A DNA stretch of 38,494 nucleotides from Myxococcota bacterium (GTDB lineage Bacteria > Myxococcota > JACRCW01), in assembly GCA_040752415.1 (NCBI GenBank), contig JBFMGU010000087.1, positions 1-38,494 on the forward strand, read 5' to 3'. A program made the translations under genes and the position numbers. The notes below the pieces were generated by a model. That model did no database searches. It saw only the letters and a list, made by a program, of their open reading frames with translations, and was not told the DNA's origin. This document shows, piece after piece, positions 34,801 through 38,494 of the stretch (the stretch's first letter is position 1; each line of letters starts with the position of its first letter).

Positions 34801-36647
34801 ACCCGCCGCTTCAGTCCACCTCCGCCACCATCACCCTGAATGAGCCCTGCGACGACGGCAACACGGTGAACGGCGACGGCTGCGACAACAACTGCACGTT
34901 CAGCGCTTGCGGCAACGGTCAGCAAGGCGGCAGTGAGCAGTGCGACGACGGCAACTTCGTCGACGGAGACGGCTGCGACAGCAACTGCACCACCACCGCG
35001 TGCGGCAACGGCATCACCACCAGCGCGGAGCAGTGCGACGACGGGGACACCGTCAACGGCGACGGCTGCGACAGCAACTGCACCATCACCGCGTGCGGCA
35101 ACGGCATTGTCACCAGCGGGGAGGCCTGCGACGACGGGAACACCGCCAGTGGCGACGGTTGCTCGGCGGGCTGTCAGCTGGAGGCGGCGTGCGGCAACGG
35201 GCAGGTGGAAGCCACGCCGGTGGACGCGCTGGAGTTCACCTGGCTGGCCACCAACTGCTCCGGCGCTCCCACCAACATCCGCTTCCGCATCAACGGCTCG
35301 CTCGCGCTCAACACCGTGGGCGACGAGGGCTTCTGCGCGTTCTGCTTCCCCGGCATCCGCTCCCAGATGGTGACCGACCCCGCAGTGCTGGCCCTGGTCC
35401 GCGCCGGCAGCAACAGCTTCACGGTCAACTACCGCGGCACCAACAACCACCTGGGCTGGGCCACCGTGACGTTGCACAAGGCCGGCGGGACGCAGACGGT
35501 GGTGCTGTTTGACGAGGGCGGCGGCAGCGACGCGGAGAACCGCAACGAGGACCTGTGCGCCGCGGGCGCCGCGCAGAATCCCGCGCCGGCCACCGTGAAC
35601 GCCTCCGTGGTCCTGACCGAGGCATGCGACGACGGCAACACGGTGAACGGCGACGGCTGCGACAACAACTGCACCGTGAGCGCGTGCGGCAACGGCCAGC
35701 AGGGCGGCGGCGAGCAGTGTGACGACGGGAACACGGTGAACGGTGACGGCTGTGACACCAACTGCACGCTGAGCGCGTGTGGCAACGGCGTGGCCGCGCC
35801 CGACGAGGGCTGCGACGACGGCAACCTCGTCGACGGCGATGGCTGCGACAGCAACTGCACGGTGACCGCGTGCGGCAACGGCATCCTCACCAGCGGCGAG
35901 GCCTGCGACGACGGGAACACCGTGGGCGGCGACGGCTGCTCCCCGACGTGCGGCGAGGAGGCGGTGTGCGGCAACGGGACGGTGGAGACCACGCCGGTGA
36001 CCGCGCTGGAGTTCCTCTGGCTGGCCGCCAACTGCAACTTCAGCGCATCCACCATCCGGTTCCGCGTCAACGACACGCCCGCGGCCAGCAGCGCGGTGGG
36101 CATCGCCACGTGCAGCTGCACCCCGGGCATCGGCAGCGCCACCGTCACCGACCCGGCCATCCTTGCCCTGGTGCAGCCCGGCGACAACACCTTTGGCGTG
36201 AGCTTCCGCGGCACCATCAGCTTCCTGGGCTGGGCGGTGGCCCTGGTGCACCGCAACGGCACCGGCGCCCAGGAGGTGGTGATCTTCGACGAGCAGGGCG
36301 GCGGCGACGCGGAGAACCGCAACGAGGACATCTGCAGCGCGCTGGCCCTCCAGGATGCCACCTTGCAGACCACCACCGCCAACATCTCGCTGGGCGAGTC
36401 GTGTGACGACGGGAACGCGGTCAACGGCGACGGCTGCGACGTCAACTGCTCGGCGAGTGCGTGCGGCAACGGCCTGGTGGGCATTGACGAGGAGTGCGAC
36501 GACTCCAACCTGTTTGACGGCGACGGCTGCGACAGCAACTGCACGTTCACCGCGTGCGGCAACAACGTGCTCACCGACAACGAGGAGTGCGACGACGGGA
36601 ACAACGTCAACGGCGACGGGTGTACGGCCGATTGTTCCATTGAGTAA
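31881..36647 (+). CDS. Large surface lipoprotein with about 300-aa Ser-rich stalk, DUF4215 (myxobacterial disulfide) repeats and five copies of an unrecognised domain
   Basis: Lipobox LVAC; many CGNG..E.CDDGN..GDGC...C repeats; five P.ALEF.W.A.N modules. Confidence 0.88.
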   Translation: MSSPRSRLVFGAAGVWLALVACTASTPTTQLGEAYDLAPDAGLVEETSSSTGSSGWSTSISVTASSSSGSSSGLVSSSSSGSSSGTGSTSSGSTSLSTSSGSSSSGLSSSSSGAVSSSASSSSSSGSSSGISSSASASSSSGAASSSSSGFVSSSASSSSSSGAVSSSASASSSSSSGAVSSSSAASSSSSGAASSSSASSSSSSGAASSSASSSSSSGAASSSSSSSGAVSSSSASSSSSSGAASSSSSGFVSSSAASSSSSGGVSSSAASSSSSSSSGALSSSSSSSGAASSSSSSSGAASSSSSSSGAASSSSSSSGAVSSSSSSSGAASSSSSSSSSSGAVSSSSSSSGGGRVCGNGRLETGEECDDGNLVGGDGCSAECKREGDCGNGVVDQSAPVALEFNWVASNCSGGADQIFFYINGSLALSTVGDNGTCTCTPGVGNSVVTDPAVMALILNGNNTFELDYMEPNNFLAWATLTIHTDDGRSQEIVLFDQGGGGDAEARNPDLCAAGFLQNPPVQSADAFIQVAELCDDGNATNGDGCDNNCTATSCGNGIVSSGEGCDDGNTVAGDGCSATCTREAACGNGVAEATPVVALEFAWLATNFACTPSNIRFRVNGTLALTTTGDEGTCSCTPGSGTATVTDPAILSRVTNGSNSFSVTFTGTNNALAWATVVIRKLGGTRQEVVIFDEGGGGDAEARREDLCTAGFLQNPPQQSANATVSLSEQCDDGNTVNGDGCDNNCTVSACGNGQQGGSEQCDDGNTVNGDGCDNNCTTSACGNGIIAGTEQCEDLNTVNGDGCDNNCTFTACGNGIVTSGEACDDGNTVPGDGCSGTCTQEVVCGNGTAEPTPVVALEFNWLATNCAGAATTIRFRVNGSLAASTTGDTGTCSCTPGIRTVTVTDPAVLARVVEGNNTFSVNFQGTNNMLAWATAVVRMSGRSQTVVIFDEGGGGDAERRSTDLCAAGALQNPPLQSTSATITLNEPCDDGNTVNGDGCDNNCTFSACGNGQQGGSEQCDDGNFVDGDGCDSNCTTTACGNGITTSAEQCDDGDTVNGDGCDSNCTITACGNGIVTSGEACDDGNTASGDGCSAGCQLEAACGNGQVEATPVDALEFTWLATNCSGAPTNIRFRINGSLALNTVGDEGFCAFCFPGIRSQMVTDPAVLALVRAGSNSFTVNYRGTNNHLGWATVTLHKAGGTQTVVLFDEGGGSDAENRNEDLCAAGAAQNPAPATVNASVVLTEACDDGNTVNGDGCDNNCTVSACGNGQQGGGEQCDDGNTVNGDGCDTNCTLSACGNGVAAPDEGCDDGNLVDGDGCDSNCTVTACGNGILTSGEACDDGNTVGGDGCSPTCGEEAVCGNGTVETTPVTALEFLWLAANCNFSASTIRFRVNDTPAASSAVGIATCSCTPGIGSATVTDPAILALVQPGDNTFGVSFRGTISFLGWAVALVHRNGTGAQEVVIFDEQGGGDAENRNEDICSALALQDATLQTTTANISLGESCDDGNAVNGDGCDVNCSASACGNGLVGIDEECDDSNLFDGDGCDSNCTFTACGNNVLTDNEECDDGNNVNGDGCTADCSIE
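32020..32940 (+). repeat. Low-complexity Ser-rich coding repeats (SSSSSGA[A/V]SS units)
   Basis: Recurrent TCGTCCTCCAGCAGCGGC-type units; GFVSSS occurs twice. Confidence 0.85.
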
Positions 36648-36662
36648 ACGTGACGGGCCGAA

Positions 36663-36741
36663 AAGGAAGTCAGAAGTCAGAATGAGATGGTCGCGCCTGC
36701 CGCGGGTGAAACGCTGGAAGAGCGGCCCTTCTGACTTCCTT
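36663..36741. terminator. 14-bp inverted repeat between convergent genes (possible bidirectional terminator or stability hairpin)
   Basis: AAGGAAGTCAGAAG (36663-36676) pairs with CTTCTGACTTCCTT (36728-36741). Confidence 0.45.
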
Positions 36742-36753
36742 CTCTTCCCGACG

Positions 36754-37044
36754 TCACCGCGGCACCGTGCTCAGCCCACTGACCTCCAGCGGCGTCACCA
36801 CGTTGACCTGCAGGTGCCAGGGCCCATCCAGCTTGTCCAGCACACGCTCGCGCAGGTGCGCCACCACGTCGCGCAGCACGTCATTGCGCACGTAGCCCTC
36901 CACGTACAGCACCGCGGACCACGCCGCCTTCTCGCTGGGCAGCGCGTGGCGCGCCACCGTCATGATCCCCACCGGCTCGATGCGCCAGATGCCGGTGTCC
37001 TCCAGCTTGTGCACCGTGAAGCTGGGACGTTTCTGCTCGGGCAT
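36754..37044 (-). CDS. Hypothetical protein (96 aa), divergent from the bactofilins
   Basis: GAGGA RBS, GC3-rich codon use, globular-looking sequence; no family recognised. Confidence 0.6.
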   Translation of the reverse strand: MPEQKRPSFTVHKLEDTGIWRIEPVGIMTVARHALPSEKAAWSAVLYVEGYVRNDVLRDVVAHLRERVLDKLDGPWHLQVNVVTPLEVSGLSTVPR

Positions 37045-37185
37045 GCCGTCCTCTTAGCGCGCCCGTCCCCGCGCCGGCCAGCCGACGGGCGGTTTTCTTG
37101 ACCCCGACGGCCGCATCCCACTATCCCTCGTCGCAGCGCGTGGCATCTGAGGGAAAACCCGTTTTCCGTCGCGCTCGGAGCGCCC

Positions 37186-37530
37186 ATGGCCACCGGTGAC
37201 TCACCGTGCATCATCGGCAAGGGCACACGCATCAAGGGCAACCTCACCGGCGCCGAGGACCTCGTCATCGAGGGCAGGCTCCAGGGCCACATCCACATGC
37301 GCAGCCACCTCACCCTGGAGGAGAGCGCGGACGTGGAGGCCTCCATCGTCGCCGACGCGCTCACCATCCGCGGCAAGGTGCGCGGCAGCATCCAGGTCAG
37401 CCAGGTGGTGAACGTGGCCGGCGGCGCCGCGGTCCAGGCCGACCTCAAGGCACCCCGCGTGGCCATCGAGCCGGGCGCGCGCTTCACGGGCCGCATCGAC
37501 ATGGATGTGCCGCTCCCGGTGGACCTCTGA
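37186..37530 (+). CDS. Bactofilin (BacN-like)
   Basis: CIIGKGTRIKGNLTGAEDLVIEGRLQG..GKVRGSI..ADLKAPRVAIEPGARFTGRIDMD. Confidence 0.92.
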   Translation: MATGDSPCIIGKGTRIKGNLTGAEDLVIEGRLQGHIHMRSHLTLEESADVEASIVADALTIRGKVRGSIQVSQVVNVAGGAAVQADLKAPRVAIEPGARFTGRIDMDVPLPVDL

Positions 37531-37844
37531 TGGCGGGCACCGTGCTGGGCACCACCATCATGGTGGACGGGGAGATCAGCGGCGAGGACCCGGTGGTGGT
37601 GCAGGGCACCGTCAAGGGTCGCGTGGAGCTGGGCGCGCCGCTGGTGGTGGCGGAGGGCGGCGTCGTCGAGGCGGACGTCACCACCGTGAGCGTGGAGATT
37701 GCCGGGAGCGTCACCGGAAACATCCAGGCGCGCGAGCGCGTGGAGGTCCGCACCGACGGGCGCGTGGTGGGCGACATCAAGGCCCCGCGCATCCTCATCG
37801 CGGATGGCGCCGTCTTCAAAGGCAACGTGGACGTGGAAGGGTGA
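37530..37844 (+). CDS. Bactofilin (BacO-like)
   Basis: MAGTVLGTTIMVDGEISGEDPVVVQGTVKG..GDIKAPRILIADGAVFKGNVDVE; TGATG overlap. Confidence 0.92.
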   Translation: MAGTVLGTTIMVDGEISGEDPVVVQGTVKGRVELGAPLVVAEGGVVEADVTTVSVEIAGSVTGNIQARERVEVRTDGRVVGDIKAPRILIADGAVFKGNVDVEG

Positions 37845-37850
37845 TGCCAG

Positions 37851-38494
37851 ATGCCTGAGGCCATGACCGTCATAGCGCCCAACTCCGTCGTTGCCGGCAA
37901 CATCACCGGCAGCAGCGACCTCACCGTGGCCGGGCGGGTGGAAGGCATCGTCGAGCTGGAAGCCGCGCTGCACGTGGAGGCCACCGGCGTGGTGAAGGCG
38001 GAGGTCCACGTCCGACGCGCGCGCATTGCCGGCGTGGTGCTGGGGAACATCCACGCCACCGACAGCGTGGAGCTGCTGCGCGGTTGCCGCGTGGTGGGCG
38101 ACGTGACGGCGGGGCGCTTCATGATGGAGGACGGCGCCCTGTTCCGCGGCGGTGTGGAGGTTTTGGAGCCGGTGGAAGGCGCCCTGCCCGCTCCCCCGCC
38201 CGCACAGGTGGCCCGCCCGCTGCCGACGCCCGCTCCCGCCCCGGCGGCCGTGCCCAGGCCCGCCCCGGCGCCTGCACCTGCCCCCGCGCCCGCGCCGGTG
38301 GCGACGGAGCCGGAGCCCGCCCCCAAGCCCCGCGCGCGCACCCGCGCCACGACGTCACGCGCCACCCCGCGCGCCCCGGCTCCGTCGGAGTCCCTGGCGC
38401 CCCTGCCGGCCGTCCCGCCCGCGCCCGTCGCGGCCAAGCCCGCGGAGCGCCCTGCGTCCCGTCCTCCGTCGTCGCAGCCCCCGCCGCTCACGCC
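37851..38494 (+). CDS. Bactofilin with Pro/Ala-rich C-terminal extension (BacP-like), truncated by the window end
   Basis: Manual translation: MPEAMTVIAPNSVVAGNITGSSDLTVAGRVEG..GDVTAGRFMMEDGALFRGGVE, then PAPAP-rich; absent from the ORF track because it has no stop codon in the window. Confidence 0.88.
   Translation, partial: MPEAMTVIAPNSVVAGNITGSSDLTVAGRVEGIVELEAALHVEATGVVKAEVHVRRARIAGVVLGNIHATDSVELLRGCRVVGDVTAGRFMMEDGALFRGGVEVLEPVEGALPAPPPAQVARPLPTPAPAPAAVPRPAPAPAPAPAPAPVATEPEPAPKPRARTRATTSRATPRAPAPSESLAPLPAVPPAPVAAKPAERPASRPPSSQPPPLT

Noticed and set aside
11058..36251. Many long alternative-frame ORFs (e.g. 11058-13037, 13365-15464, 27272-30004, 32817-36251)
   Set aside because: These are typical stop-poor shadow frames of high-GC DNA, antisense to genes with clear family motifs.
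32020..36640. Possible CRISPR array or non-coding tandem repeat
   Set aside because: The repeats are in-frame and degenerate at synonymous positions. There is no constant repeat with unique spacers and no cas gene.
1..38494. Prophage, genomic island or known defence system
   Set aside because: I found no integrase, transposase, phage structural genes, tRNA attachment site, clear compositional shift or recognisable defence operon.

Overview
High-GC (about 70%) chromosomal segment, most likely from a Myxococcota bacterium, judging by the DUF4215 Cys repeats, DUF2330 with a MYXO-CTERM-like tail, a bacN/O/P-like bactofilin trio, Ser-rich lipoproteins and sigma54-like promoters. It holds about 33 CDS, and I found no rRNA, tRNA, CRISPR array, integrase or transposase. 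The contents are: pirin with a divergent HxlR regulator; a roadblock + ODP-type di-iron pair; a lid-less Hsp70 with a J-protein; a Ub-Mut7C RNase; tandem RlaP/YcgL-type nucleotidyltransferases; a thioesterase; a large ClpA/B-like AAA+ protein; a CocE/NonD hydrolase; an orphan gspG; an FMN reductase; an EVE protein; an XRE regulator; an acyl-CoA dehydrogenase; a multiheme cytochrome; a 1,588-aa repeat lipoprotein; and bactofilins. The most notable observations are: (1) a Clp-type AAA+ ATPase fused to a release-factor-like (PCRF) module that lacks the catalytic domain 3; (2) a stand-alone nine-heme HAO-family protein with an extra class I cytochrome c domain and a C-terminal membrane anchor; (3) a possibly sigma54-driven roadblock/ODP pair; (4) a roughly 125-aa domain I do not recognise, inserted five times inside DUF4215 repeats; (5) three related GGAG-type REP doublets, one lying inside an ORF. 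All family assignments come from motif recognition by eye; no database searches were run.
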